From a bacterium (GTDB lineage Bacteria > UBA8248): a stretch of DNA of 64,000 nt. Positions 10,190-20,148 of this stretch are shown here, piece after piece (the first letter of the stretch is position 1; each line of letters opens with the position of its first letter). The DNA lies in the NCBI GenBank assembly GCA_965219955.1, contig OZ244799.1:608001-672000 (forward strand). Reading direction: 5' to 3'. A program made the position numbers and the translations under genes. The notes below the pieces were generated by a model. That model saw only the letters and a list, made by a program, of their open reading frames with translations. It did not search any database and was not told where the DNA came from.

Positions 10190-11179
10190 ATGAAAAGACT
10201 TGTTGGTTTCGCACTGGCCGCCGCGTTCGTAGCGGGTACGTTCGTGGTGGTTGCGCCCGCCGAATCGGCGTCGCTGCGCATCGGCGCGCACCGGGCCCTG
10301 ATGGGGTCTTTCGAGGTCGTCGCCGACCGCATGGGCTACTGGAAGAAAGAGGGCTTGAAGTACACGATGAGCCACTTCAAGCAGGGAAAACTGATGCGCA
10401 ACGCCATCATCCAGAATAACCTGGATACCGGCACCACGGGCTTCTCGCCCTTTACGACGGCAATTTCCAAGGGAGCGAAGGTAACGGCCATCGGGGTGAC
10501 GGCGAACATCTGCGGCATGGTCGCCATTATCGTGCCCGCGAAATCGAAGGCCAAGAGCCTGAAAGACCTCAAGGGCTCGGTGTTCGCCAACAAGAAGGGC
10601 ACGAGCACGGACTTCGCGTTCCAGTTCTACGTCGTTCCCGCGCATGGCCTGAAACGCTCGGACTTCCCGCTCCTGAGCGTCCGCACCACAGAGCGCATCG
10701 CCGCGCTGGTATCCGGCGCCGCCCAGGCGGCCATGGTCGGCGAACCGCAGGGTGAAATCGCCCGTGAGCAGGGCCTGATTCGCTATCTTGAGGATCTGTG
10801 CAAATACGACAACACCAGAATGATGCACGTGGGTAACCCGCAGACCATCAAAAAGCACCCCGATCTCTACTACAGGTACTTCAGGGGCTGGCTGAAGACG
10901 CACCAGTTGCTCAAGAATGACCCCGAAACCTACGCCAAGGTTTACACCAAGGCGCTTCAGGAAGTGGGCGACAAAGCCAAGTACAGCACCACGCTCAAGG
11001 TCGTTAAAAAGCTCAAGACGGAGGTTTTCCTGAGCGACGAGGTGAAGAAATACCTGAACGACATGGGTGACAAGCAGATCCAGCTCGGCTGGATCAAGAG
11101 CCACCCCGACTTCACCAAGAGTCCGCACCTGGATGACTCCATCCTCCGCAGGGCCGCGAAGGACATCGGCTTCAACTAG
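10190..11179 (+). CDS. ABC transporter substrate-binding protein, NitT/TauT, copy 2
   Basis: Close paralog of 8917..9906 with RBS GGAGG. Confidence 0.88.
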   Translation: MKRLVGFALAAAFVAGTFVVVAPAESASLRIGAHRALMGSFEVVADRMGYWKKEGLKYTMSHFKQGKLMRNAIIQNNLDTGTTGFSPFTTAISKGAKVTAIGVTANICGMVAIIVPAKSKAKSLKDLKGSVFANKKGTSTDFAFQFYVVPAHGLKRSDFPLLSVRTTERIAALVSGAAQAAMVGEPQGEIAREQGLIRYLEDLCKYDNTRMMHVGNPQTIKKHPDLYYRYFRGWLKTHQLLKNDPETYAKVYTKALQEVGDKAKYSTTLKVVKKLKTEVFLSDEVKKYLNDMGDKQIQLGWIKSHPDFTKSPHLDDSILRRAAKDIGFN

Positions 11180-11210
11180 GCGGAAGGCGGACGGACAAGA
11201 AGTAACAGAA

Positions 11211-11244
11211 GACCCCCGGGGGCGAAAGCTCCCGGGGGTTTCTT
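11211..11244 (+). terminator. Rho-independent terminator
   Basis: ACCCCCGGGGGC-GAAA-GCTCCCGGGGGT then TTCTT; related to the 9930 terminator. Confidence 0.75.
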
Positions 11245-11261
11245 GTGGCGAGGCTGGACGC

Positions 11262-11660
11262 GGGGTTGTCGAAAAACCCCTCGTCGGGGGGCATTGTCTT
11301 TAGCGGGAAGGCCGCTTTCGCGCGAACCCCCCGACCTCCCTGGCCAAAAGCACCCCCCCCTATACCCCCCTTGTCGGGGCTGTTGAAAAGGTCCTGTCCG
11401 ACCCTCGAGATTGTTCGCCGTAGGGACAGGCCTCCGTGCCTGTCCTGACGAAGGACAACCACGAAGAGCAGGACAGGCACGGAGGCCTGTCCCTACAAAA
11501 CCATCACGTCTGCGCCGCATGAACCTCCTTGCCGCCGATCCCGCATCAGGCTTTTTCAACAACCCCCTCAAGGGGAGAGTGATTTTTTCTCTCGTCGGTC
11601 GGTTACATACGACAAATCCAGAGTTCCAGGGTTTTTCAACAAGCCCTTGTCAGGGGAGCT
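11262..11660. repeat. Composite REP/MITE mosaic
   Basis: GGG(C/T)TGT(T/C)GAAAA and TTTTTCAACA ends around a GTAGGGACAGGCCTCCGTGCCTGTCC REP doublet. Modules are shared with 24.8-25.3 kb, 58.7 kb and 61.5 kb. Confidence 0.85.
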
Positions 11661-11720
11661 TTTCTTGCGCCCTCGGATGGAGGGGCCGGCAGCGAAGCGT
11701 ATCGCTCATCCCCATGACGC

Positions 11721-11757
11721 AAAAAAACCGGGCGCGACTCTCGCCGCGCCCGGCTTG
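11721..11757 (-). terminator. Rho-independent terminator of the ABC permease
   Basis: CCGGGCGCG stem with a T run on the minus strand. Confidence 0.7.
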
Positions 11758-11779
11758 TAAGTGTTTGTTGTTGTTCTGA

Positions 11780-12706
11780 TTATACCTTCTTGTCCTGCGC
11801 GCCCATCGCCTCCATCATTCCCCAGCGGATGACGGTGCGGCTCTCGATGGGCTGGAAGAGCACCTTCTCCAGCACGAAGCCGAACAGGCCGAGGACGGAG
11901 AGCGCGACCATCATGAACGCGATGTCGAGGTATTCCTGCGCGTCGAAGATGCCGGCGGAAAGCCCCCAGCGGATGCCCGCGAAGGCCTCCGCGCCCACGC
12001 CCGCGCGCCAGGCGCGCGCCAGGCCGATGCGCATGCCGCTCAGAATCATCGGCAGCGAGCCGGGCAGGACGACGGTGCGGAAAATCGTCATCTTGTCCGC
12101 GTTCATCGACTGGGCCGCGCGTATCCATACCGGGTTCACGGTTTTCACGCCGGTCCAGACCGCCATGGCGATGGGCAGGAACGAGGCGAAGGCCGTGATG
12201 ACGATGACCGTCTGGTCCCCGATGCCCGACCAGATGACGACGATGGGCGTCCAGGCGATGGCCGGAATCGGCAGCAGCACCGAAAGAAGCGGAACGAAGA
12301 ACGATTCCCAGAAGGCGAAGCGGCCCATCAATATGCCCACGATGGTGCCCACGATCGCCGCGATGAAGAACGAGAACGGAAGGCGCCACGCGGTGTTGAG
12401 CGTATGGAGCAGAATCGGGCTCTCACCGAGTTTCCAAATCTGATCGAATAGCCCCAGATTGGGGTTCTCGGCCAATGCCCGGAACATGGGACCCGTCACG
12501 AGTTCCCAGGCCCGGTAGACGATGGCGTCGACGGTCGGGAAGAGCCTGCCCTGGTTGCCCTGGGCCTGCATGGCGGCGACCTGCCAGATGGCGAGGATGA
12601 CGATGAACGGGTAGACCGGCCTGAGCTTCACCAACAGGGATGATCTCACCTTTTTTTTCTTCTCGTCCAGCGACGGCGGAGCGGATGCTGCCTCGGATGT
12701 CTGCAT
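11780..12706 (-). CDS. ABC transporter permease, NitT/TauT family
   Basis: Multiple TM helices, PIPAIAWTP and an EAA-like loop (AAQSMNA). Confidence 0.9.
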   Translation of the reverse strand: MQTSEAASAPPSLDEKKKKVRSSLLVKLRPVYPFIVILAIWQVAAMQAQGNQGRLFPTVDAIVYRAWELVTGPMFRALAENPNLGLFDQIWKLGESPILLHTLNTAWRLPFSFFIAAIVGTIVGILMGRFAFWESFFVPLLSVLLPIPAIAWTPIVVIWSGIGDQTVIVITAFASFLPIAMAVWTGVKTVNPVWIRAAQSMNADKMTIFRTVVLPGSLPMILSGMRIGLARAWRAGVGAEAFAGIRWGLSAGIFDAQEYLDIAFMMVALSVLGLFGFVLEKVLFQPIESRTVIRWGMMEAMGAQDKKV

Positions 12707-12719
12707 GGATTATTCCTCT

Positions 12720-13466
12720 CTAAAAATCGCGAATCAAATCGTTCACGTGTCGTTGCAGTTTGATGAACTCGGGCGCGAGGTCGTCTCTGGGCCTGGGCAG
12801 ATCCACTCTCACGATCTCGCGGATTCTCCCCGGATTCGGGACGAACACGACGATCCGGTTCCCGAGGTAGACGGCCTCGCTCAGGTTGTGCGTGACGTAG
12901 AGAATCGTCTTTTTCGTCTTCTGCCACACGTCGACGGTAAGTTCCTGCAACTCCTCGCGCGTCTGGGCGTCGAGCGCGCCGAAGGGTTCGTCCATCAGGA
13001 GGATTTGCGGGTCGAACGCCATGGCTCTCGCCACCGCCACCCGCTGGCGCATGCCGCCCGAGAGGTTGTGCGGGAAGAAATCCGCGAACTCCTCGAGACG
13101 GACGAGGCGCAGGAAATCGAGGGATATTCTTCTGCGCTCCTCCTCGGGCACGTTTCTGATTTCGAGGCCGTATTCCACGTTCTGCCTCGCCGTGCGCCAC
13201 GGGAACAGCGCGTATTCCTGGAAAACGACGCCCTTGTCGTAGTCCTGGGTGAGCGTTTTCCCGTCCATGGTGATCGTGCCCGCGGTGATCTCGACGAAGC
13301 CGGCGAGCATGTTGAGCAGCGTCGTCTTCCCGCAGCCCGAAAGCCCCACGAGACAGATGAACTCGCCGTCCTCGATATTGAGGTTCACGCCTTCCAGAGC
13401 GTGGACCCGCCTTTCGGGCGTGTCATAGATTTTTCTCAGATTTTGTATCGATATTTTCGTAACCAT
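12720..13466 (-). CDS. ABC transporter ATP-binding protein, NitT/TauT family
   Basis: Walker A GLSGCGKT, LSGGMRQR and LLMDEPFGALD. Confidence 0.95.
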   Translation of the reverse strand: MVTKISIQNLRKIYDTPERRVHALEGVNLNIEDGEFICLVGLSGCGKTTLLNMLAGFVEITAGTITMDGKTLTQDYDKGVVFQEYALFPWRTARQNVEYGLEIRNVPEEERRRISLDFLRLVRLEEFADFFPHNLSGGMRQRVAVARAMAFDPQILLMDEPFGALDAQTREELQELTVDVWQKTKKTILYVTHNLSEAVYLGNRIVVFVPNPGRIREIVRVDLPRPRDDLAPEFIKLQRHVNDLIRDF

Positions 13467-13751
13467 GAATAATAGTATTCCCAAGTTAATGAAAGACTTG
13501 GCCTTTCGAGTGAATTGAAATCGAACCGAAGCACACTGATTCTAGCAAATACGCGGTGAGAGAGAAACCGCAATTATACTTTCGTGATGTTTTGTAATAA
13601 TCTCATGTGCGCGGATGAAGGATTAGCGCTGCAAAATACCGGGAAAGCATTGAAATTGTTGAAGCTTCGGGTGAATGATCGGCTTTGGGGAAATTGGTTT
13701 GCTCCGCGCGCCGGGAAATCCCGGACGGGAATTCAGGAAAGGACTTGATTG

Positions 13752-14975
13752 ATGGATGGTCGACTTCCGCTGGAGGGTCTTCGGATCCTGGCGGTGGAGC
13801 AGTTCGGGGCGGGGCCGCTGGCCTCGCAACTGTTGGGGGATATGGGGGCGGAGGTCATCAAGATCGAGGATCACGCCGTGGGCGGGGATTCCGCGCGGCC
13901 CGTCCCGCCGTATGCGCTTCCGAATAACGACAGCTACTATTTCCAGTCCTTCAACCGGAACAAGAAGAGCGTCGCGCTCAGGATACGTACGCCCGAGGGC
14001 AAGGCGATATTGCGCAGGCTCGCGCGCAAGGCGGATGCGCTCTATGCGAACTGCCGGGGCGATGCGCCCGAGAAGCTCGAATTAACGTATAAGCACCTGG
14101 GCCCCTACAACGAGAAAATCGTGTGCTGTTTTCTCTCGGGCTACGGGATGACCGGCCCCAGAGCACCCGAGCCGGCTTACGACTACCTCATGCAGGCCTA
14201 CGCGGGCATCATGGACCTGACGGGAGAGCCGGACGGCCCCCCGACCAAGGCGGGCGTGAGCTTCGTCGATTTCTCGGGCGGGTTCATATCGCTCGTGGGC
14301 CTGTTGGCCGCGCTGTGGGAGGCGAACCGCACCGGAAAGGGCAGGGACGTCGACGTGGCGCTCATGGACGGCGCCCTGGTGCAGCTTGCGTACATGGCCA
14401 CCTGGGCGCTCAACTGCGGCTACGTGCCGCAAAAATTCTCCCGGAGCGCGCACCCCTCGATGGTGCCCGCGCAGAATTTCGAGACCAAAGACGGCTGGGT
14501 GAGCGTGCTTTGCCTCAAGCAGAGTTTCTTCCCCATCCTCGTCGAGCGCATGGGCCTGCCGGCACTGGCCGAGGACCCGCGCTTCAAGCTGGCGCAGGAC
14601 CGCTTCGAGAACCGCGAAGTTTTATTGGATATCTTAGAGAAGGCGTTTCAGGAGAAAACGAACGCCGAGTGGACCGACCTTCTCCAGGGCCATGTGCCCT
14701 TCGCGCCTGTGAACACCGTGGCGCAGGCGATGGAGGATCCCCAGATCCTGGCGCGCGACATGATTGTCGAGATGGAGCACCCCGAGGCGGGGAGCATGAA
14801 GGTGCTCGGGCCGCCCATCAGGCTGCCGGGCGCGGATATGAAATATACGCGGGCGCCGTATCTGGGCGAGCACACGAGAGAGGTTCTGGGCGATCTCCTC
14901 GGGATGGAGGAAGATGAACTCGAGGACTTGAGAGAGAAGAACATCGTGTCCTGGGCCGCTCCGCCTGAAGGGTAG
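13752..14975 (+). CDS. CaiB/BaiF family (class III) CoA transferase
   Basis: LGDMGAEVIKIE, FNRNKKS and APYLGEHT motifs. Confidence 0.93.
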   Translation: MDGRLPLEGLRILAVEQFGAGPLASQLLGDMGAEVIKIEDHAVGGDSARPVPPYALPNNDSYYFQSFNRNKKSVALRIRTPEGKAILRRLARKADALYANCRGDAPEKLELTYKHLGPYNEKIVCCFLSGYGMTGPRAPEPAYDYLMQAYAGIMDLTGEPDGPPTKAGVSFVDFSGGFISLVGLLAALWEANRTGKGRDVDVALMDGALVQLAYMATWALNCGYVPQKFSRSAHPSMVPAQNFETKDGWVSVLCLKQSFFPILVERMGLPALAEDPRFKLAQDRFENREVLLDILEKAFQEKTNAEWTDLLQGHVPFAPVNTVAQAMEDPQILARDMIVEMEHPEAGSMKVLGPPIRLPGADMKYTRAPYLGEHTREVLGDLLGMEEDELEDLREKNIVSWAAPPEG

Positions 14976-15031
14976 GGCGCGGGAAAGAGCGATAATTTGC
15001 CGGTTTTCATTCACATTCTGGAGGTGCTCTC

Positions 15032-15460
15032 ATGGCGGATTTGCCGATACCGCAAGTCGTAAATTCCCTGGACGTAGACGAGGACAAGGCCTATGAGCCG
15101 CCCTATGACATCCGCTGGGGCGTGAACCGCGAGACGACGGGGACGGATACGATCACGATGGGCAGAACCATCATCCCCCCGAGAGGCCGTAACGCGCTGC
15201 ATTTTCATGAAAACTGCGACACCACGATCTACGTGGTGAAAGGCCCCATCAATATCTACTGGAAAGAGGGCGGGGAGATCGCAAGAAAGGAAATACCCGT
15301 CGGCCATTTCGTCTATTTCCCCTGCGGTTGCATCCACGGGCAGGAGAATCCGAGCACGGACGAACCGGCGGAGTTGATATTCACCTACGGCGGAATGCCC
15401 AACAAGGAAGCGGCGGGCACGACGTTCGTGGACGATCCCAGAGACCCGTTGAGGGACTAG
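15032..15460 (+). CDS. Cupin domain protein
   Basis: HFH...G motif and FPCGCIH cupin motif 2. Confidence 0.85.
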   Translation: MADLPIPQVVNSLDVDEDKAYEPPYDIRWGVNRETTGTDTITMGRTIIPPRGRNALHFHENCDTTIYVVKGPINIYWKEGGEIARKEIPVGHFVYFPCGCIHGQENPSTDEPAELIFTYGGMPNKEAAGTTFVDDPRDPLRD

Positions 15461-15528
15461 ATATTCGCATTTCCGGGGCGGTCTCCATTCGCTTGTCATC
15501 GCCCGGGAATGAGGAGGTGAGTTCGCGC

Positions 15529-16413
15529 ATGTTTTCCCCACGATTCCTCGTTTGCCTGCTCCTCACCTGTTTCCTGGGCGTCACGGCCATTTCCGCGCAA
15601 GCGCAGAAGATCCGCAAGAAAACGTCGGGGTTTGACGGCGCCGCGTTGGTGCACGTTCCCCCGGGGTGGTTCGTGATGGGCAGCAAGTCCGGCGACAAGG
15701 ACGAGCGCCCGCCCCGGAAAGTTTTCGTCTCCGGCTTCTGGATTGGTCAGACGGAAGTGACGGCGGAGCGCTTCGCGCGCTTCGTCGCCCAAACGGGCTA
15801 CAAGACGACGGCCGAGAAGCGGAACTGGTCCTGGACCTGGGATGCTTCTCTCAGGAAGGGAAAGGGCGGCTGGCGAAAGACGAAGGGGGCGAACTGGCGC
15901 CGGCCCGAAGGCCCGAAATCCACCTGGAAGACCACGCCGACGCAGCCCGTCTCCCACGTGAGCTGGCCCGATGCGGAGGCTTATTGCGGGTGGGCGGGCA
16001 GGCGCCTGCCCACCGAGGCGGAATGGGAACGCGCGGCGCGCGGCGGGGACGGAAGGCGCTACCCCTGGGGGAAGGGACGCGACGCGATGAGAGCCAACCT
16101 GAAAGGGGGCAAGGACGGGTTCCCCGGCGTCGCTCCCGCGGGCCGCTTCCCTAAGGGCGCGAGCCCCTTCGGGGCGCTCGACATGTCGGGCAACGTCTGG
16201 GAATGGGTGGCCGACCGCTATGGTTCGAGGGCCTATAAGAAAATGGCCGAGCGCGACCCGCACGGGCCTGCGAAGGGAAAAACGAGAGTCGTCCGCGGCG
16301 CCTCCTGGGGCAGCCCCGTCGCCTGGGCCACGGCGCACAACCGCTACCACCGCCCGCCCCGTTATACGAACAACAAGATCGGCTTTCGCTGCGCCACGGG
16401 CGAGGGTGGCTAA
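15529..16413 (+). CDS. Secreted formylglycine-generating enzyme (SUMF1) domain protein
   Basis: Signal peptide, [23 protein letters not shown] and IGFRC motifs. Confidence 0.92.
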   Translation: MFSPRFLVCLLLTCFLGVTAISAQAQKIRKKTSGFDGAALVHVPPGWFVMGSKSGDKDERPPRKVFVSGFWIGQTEVTAERFARFVAQTGYKTTAEKRNWSWTWDASLRKGKGGWRKTKGANWRRPEGPKSTWKTTPTQPVSHVSWPDAEAYCGWAGRRLPTEAEWERAARGGDGRRYPWGKGRDAMRANLKGGKDGFPGVAPAGRFPKGASPFGALDMSGNVWEWVADRYGSRAYKKMAERDPHGPAKGKTRVVRGASWGSPVAWATAHNRYHRPPRYTNNKIGFRCATGEGG

Positions 16414-16540
16414 TACGGCCGGAGTCGTACGGCTCACTGGTTTGTGAGGGGAAGTTCAGCTTTCCACCAACAAAGTGTTCGCGACTTTATAATAGAGAAT
16501 GACGAGGGAAATCAGGCCGAGCGCCGGTTTGGTTCTCCGT

Positions 16541-16822
16541 TCACTTCGACGTTCTCTCAATCAGGGCTTCCAACGCTCTCATGCTTTCGCGGTGGCGGGT
16601 TTCCAGAGCTCCCATGCTCTCGCGGTGGCGGGTGTCCAGAGCGGCCATGGTTTCCTCGTGCTGCTTGTCTCTGGCTGCAGAAGCGCGGTTCATCTGTCTC
16701 AGACCATATAAAATGAGAAAACATTGAACGCTGCCCACGACAAGCGAGATCAAGGCGTGTATGGCCGAAATCCAGAGGCCGATACGTGATAGTTCGAGTG
16801 TCGCCATTTGAAATTCCGTCAT
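16541..16822 (-). CDS. Small membrane/coiled-coil protein with 11-aa repeats, copy A (93 aa)
   Basis: GGAGG RBS, one TM helix, ALDTRHRESMG/ALETRHRESMR repeats; frame conserved across copies. Confidence 0.75.
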   Translation of the reverse strand: MTEFQMATLELSRIGLWISAIHALISLVVGSVQCFLILYGLRQMNRASAARDKQHEETMAALDTRHRESMGALETRHRESMRALEALIERTSK

Positions 16823-17036
16823 CTTTTCCCCTCCTCGGGTATCTAGTAGGAGTGGAGTCGCCTCTCGAATATGACGCACGGGCGAAGGAAAAGCAACATT
16901 TGCCCTCGCCCGAGCCGTTGGTTCGGATTTCTCCGGTGGAGCGGATTGCGCCGGGATGGTGCAGCGGCGCCGCGAGAGGGCGTGCATCAAGGAAATGACG
17001 AGGGAAATCAGGCGGAGCGCCGGTTTGGTTTTTCGC

Positions 17037-17309
17037 TCACTTCGACGTTCTTTCAATCAGGGCTTCCAGGGCTCTCATGCTTTCGCGGTGGCGGGTATCC
17101 AGAGCTCCCATGCTCTCACGGTGGCGGGTGTCCAAAGCAGCCATGGTTTCCTCGTGCTGCCGCTTGTTTTGTTCTTCCCTTCTCTCGGTGCCGCGCTGCA
17201 TGAGTTTCAGCCCGAACCAGATGAGCGCGCATTGTCCGACACCCACCATGAATGAGATAAAGGCGTGAATCGCCGAAATCCAAAGCGTCAAAATATCAAA
17301 CTGCGTCAT
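17037..17309 (-). CDS. Small membrane/coiled-coil protein, copy B (90 aa)
   Basis: Paralog of copy A. Confidence 0.75.
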   Translation of the reverse strand: MTQFDILTLWISAIHAFISFMVGVGQCALIWFGLKLMQRGTERREEQNKRQHEETMAALDTRHRESMGALDTRHRESMRALEALIERTSK

Positions 17310-17523
17310 CTTTTCCCCTCCTCGGGTATCTAATAGGAGTGGAGTCGCCTCTCGAATATGGCGCACGGGCGAAGGAAAAGCAACATCTGGCGTCGCCCGA
17401 GCCGTTGGTTCGGATTTCTCCGGTGGAGCGGATTGCGCCGGGATGGTGCAGCGGCGCCGCGAGAGGACGTGCATCAAGGAAATGACGAGGGAAATCAGGC
17501 GGAGCGCCGGTTTGGTTCTCCGT

Positions 17524-17763
17524 TCACTTCGACGTTCTTTCAATCAGGGCTTCCAGGGCTCTCATGGCTTCACGGTGGCGGGTATCCAGAGCGGCCATGG
17601 TTTCCTCGTGCAGCCGTTTGCTTTGCTCTTCCCTTCTCTCGGTGCCGCGCTGCATGAGTTTCAGCCCGTACCAGATGAGCGCGCATTGTCCGACACCCAC
17701 CATGAATGAGATAAAGGCGTGAATCGCCGAAATCCAAAGCGTCAAAATTTCAAACTGCGTCAT
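17524..17763 (-). CDS. Small membrane/coiled-coil protein, copy C (79 aa, one fewer 11-aa repeat)
   Basis: Paralog with an in-frame 33-nt difference from copy B. Confidence 0.75.
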   Translation of the reverse strand: MTQFEILTLWISAIHAFISFMVGVGQCALIWYGLKLMQRGTERREEQSKRLHEETMAALDTRHREAMRALEALIERTSK

Positions 17764-17954
17764 CTTTTCCCCTCCTCGGGTATCTAGTAGGAGTGGAGTC
17801 GCCTCTCGAATATGGCGCACGGGCGAAGGAAAAGCAACCATGCGCCTGCCTGCGTCATCCCGTCTTTTTGGCATAGACAATGGTCTTCATTTCGTTGGAA
17901 TCACCGCCGGACCTCTTTCCTGAAGGCATCGCGCGCCATTGACCAGGCCCGCAG

Positions 17955-18926
17955 TCAATTCGTCGGCGCGGGCGGCACGACGAGCACGCCGTGCGCGCCG
18001 TTTCCCACGCGGATTTTCCTGATGTTGCGGTGACGTCTGGCGTCCATCACGAACACTTCCCTGGAATCCCTGTTCGTCACGTATGCGAGCGCGCCGTCGG
18101 GCGTGAAGGCGATGAGGTCGGGCCGCACCCCCTGCCTGACGCTGGCGACGCGCTTCTGCGCGGGGAGCGAGAAGACCGACACCCTGTTCTTGTGAGGCAG
18201 GGTGACGTAGAGGAACTTCCCGTCCGGCGTGATGAGGGCGTCGTGCGGCTCGCCGGAGAGTTTGATGGTGCGGATGATTTCCAGGGTATCGAGGTCGACC
18301 ACGCTGTAGGAGTTCCGCTCCCCGTTCATGACGTAGAGCCTCTTGCCGTCGCGCGTCACATCGATGCCCTCGATGTAGTGGCCCGCCTCGATCTGCCTGA
18401 TGGGCTTTCTCGTCTCGAGATCAACGACGGAGACGTCTTCGCTGAGCTCGTTCGCGACGAAGGCGAAGCGGCCGTCGGGGCTCAGCTTGATGTTCACCGG
18501 GTTGTTCCCCCCGTGCTTGATCAAGCCGATGATTTTCCGGGCCGCGACGTCCAGGATCGTCACGTTGTCCGAATAGGTGTTCACGAAATAGGCGCGCGCG
18601 CCGTCGGGGGAGAACGCCAGGTTGTAGGGGTCGCGGCCCGCGCGCACGCGGCGGATGAATTTGAGCTTGTGCGTGTCGAAAACGCGCACGAAGGCGCTGC
18701 CGTCGTTGATGACGTAGGCGTGGCGCCCGTCTGGCGCGAGGGAGAGGCGGTTCGCCTTCCTGCCCGCGGGGATCGTCTGGATGACCTCATGCGTATCGCG
18801 CGAGATGACGCTCAGCGTGCCGTCGCGCGTGTTCGTAACGAGAATCCGCTCGCCCGCCGCAAGCGCAGGCGCGGGAGACGAGAGCAGAAGAGCGAGAACG
18901 ACGAGGGAGAGCATGAGGTCGCGCAT
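17955..18926 (-). CDS. Secreted YVTN/YncE-type beta-propeller protein
   Basis: Signal peptide and seven SPDG..(Y/F)V.N repeats. Confidence 0.9.
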   Translation of the reverse strand: MRDLMLSLVVLALLLSSPAPALAAGERILVTNTRDGTLSVISRDTHEVIQTIPAGRKANRLSLAPDGRHAYVINDGSAFVRVFDTHKLKFIRRVRAGRDPYNLAFSPDGARAYFVNTYSDNVTILDVAARKIIGLIKHGGNNPVNIKLSPDGRFAFVANELSEDVSVVDLETRKPIRQIEAGHYIEGIDVTRDGKRLYVMNGERNSYSVVDLDTLEIIRTIKLSGEPHDALITPDGKFLYVTLPHKNRVSVFSLPAQKRVASVRQGVRPDLIAFTPDGALAYVTNRDSREVFVMDARRHRNIRKIRVGNGAHGVLVVPPAPTN

Positions 18927-18937
18927 GATGGAGGCAC

Positions 18938-19366
18938 CTACCGGCCTTGTTGCTTCAAAAACGCCTCTTTCGCCTTGGGGTCGAAGCGGCAATTGCACAT
19001 CTTGCGGATCAGGGCCACCAAATCACGAATCTCCCGTTTTGTAAACACGTTGCCCCAGGGCGGCATGATGGGGGAGAGGTCGCTCGCCCCGCCTCCGTGG
19101 GTGATGGTGCGCACCATGTCTTCATCCGAGAACTGGGCCATGTCCTTGCCGTCGGTGAGATTGCGGGGGTTCACGGGCAGCTTCCTGGTGTTGTTCACGC
19201 CCTTGCCGTCTCCCTTGGGGCCGTGGCACTGGATGCAGTACCAGCGGAAATTCTCCGCAGCGCTCACGCGGCTTGCGGGTTCTTCCGCGCCTGCAGGAAG
19301 CGGGGCGCCCGCCGTCGCCACGACGAGGGCGAGAATCAGCCTTCTCCCGGGGAGGTGAAACTTCAT
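18938..19366 (-). CDS. Monoheme cytochrome c
   Basis: Signal peptide, CIQCHG and MPPW distal Met. Confidence 0.9.
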   Translation of the reverse strand: MKFHLPGRRLILALVVATAGAPLPAGAEEPASRVSAAENFRWYCIQCHGPKGDGKGVNNTRKLPVNPRNLTDGKDMAQFSDEDMVRTITHGGGASDLSPIMPPWGNVFTKREIRDLVALIRKMCNCRFDPKAKEAFLKQQGR

Positions 19367-20088
19367 TTGAAGCTCGCGATGTAGGCGGCGAGGGCGATGA
19401 AGTCTTTTTCGCTCAGCTTCGTGAACGGCTTATCCCCGTACACCGGCATTCTGCCGTTGGGGTTGTAGCGTTCCGGTTTTTTGAGGAAGGCCACGATGAA
19501 ATCGGGGTTCAACCTGCGCCCCGCATCTTTGAAATGGGGCGCACTGTGCCCGCCCACCTCGATTCGCGTCCGGTACACCGTCTTTCGAATCGAGACCATG
19601 TGGCAGGAATAGCAGGGCTGTTTTTTCTGAAACAGTATCCGCGCCCGCCTGAGCACTTTCCGGGGGACTTTCTTCCAGCGCGGAATGACGCCGGCTGGCA
19701 TTTCGGGGTCCTTCAGGCTTTCCAGATATGCCGCCACCTTCGCCGCCTCCTCCTCGGGAAGGGCGGGGTGCGGGTATTTCCCACGCTTCATGGTGCCGTA
19801 GACAACGCCGCGAAAAGGTTCGGGTTTCGCGAGCCATTTCGCCAGAAAGCCGGGCAGAAACTTGCTTCCCGCATACCAGAGCGTGGGGCCTTTGATTCCG
19901 TGGCGCGCGGGCGGGGGTATCCTGGTTTCAGGGCCTTTCAGGGTGTGGCAGCTTCCGCAGTTGTTTCGCTCGAAAAGGGATTTGCCCTCGTCAACCTCCG
20001 CCCCGTAGGATTGGGCGCACGTGAGCAGGAGAGATAAAACGCCCGCAAACGCGAGGGGAAATGTCTTTTTCATGCGCTTCATCCGCAT
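19363..20088 (-). CDS. Diheme cytochrome c
   Basis: Signal peptide, CGSCH and CYSCH motifs. Confidence 0.88.
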   Translation of the reverse strand: MRMKRMKKTFPLAFAGVLSLLLTCAQSYGAEVDEGKSLFERNNCGSCHTLKGPETRIPPPARHGIKGPTLWYAGSKFLPGFLAKWLAKPEPFRGVVYGTMKRGKYPHPALPEEEAAKVAAYLESLKDPEMPAGVIPRWKKVPRKVLRRARILFQKKQPCYSCHMVSIRKTVYRTRIEVGGHSAPHFKDAGRRLNPDFIVAFLKKPERYNPNGRMPVYGDKPFTKLSEKDFIALAAYIASFK

Positions 20089-20148
20089 GGTCCTCGATCG
20101 GTTCGAATCGCCTCGGGTGGCAGCGATGTGGAGTTTGCCGAAAAAGCC

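Larger units (their letters stand above)
16496..17838. repeat. Three tandem ~490-bp direct repeats, each carrying promoter, RBS and a small gene
   Basis: AATGACGAGGGAAATCAGGC starts units near 16498, 16994 and 17481. GGAGTGGAGTCGCCTCTCGAATATG...GGAAAAGCAAC occurs three times. Confidence 0.93.

Noticed and set aside
16496-17838. Tandem units as an integron cassette array or CRISPR
   Set aside because: No convincing attC (RYYYAAC...GTTRRRY) structure, no integrase or cas genes, and the units are paralogous rather than unique spacers.
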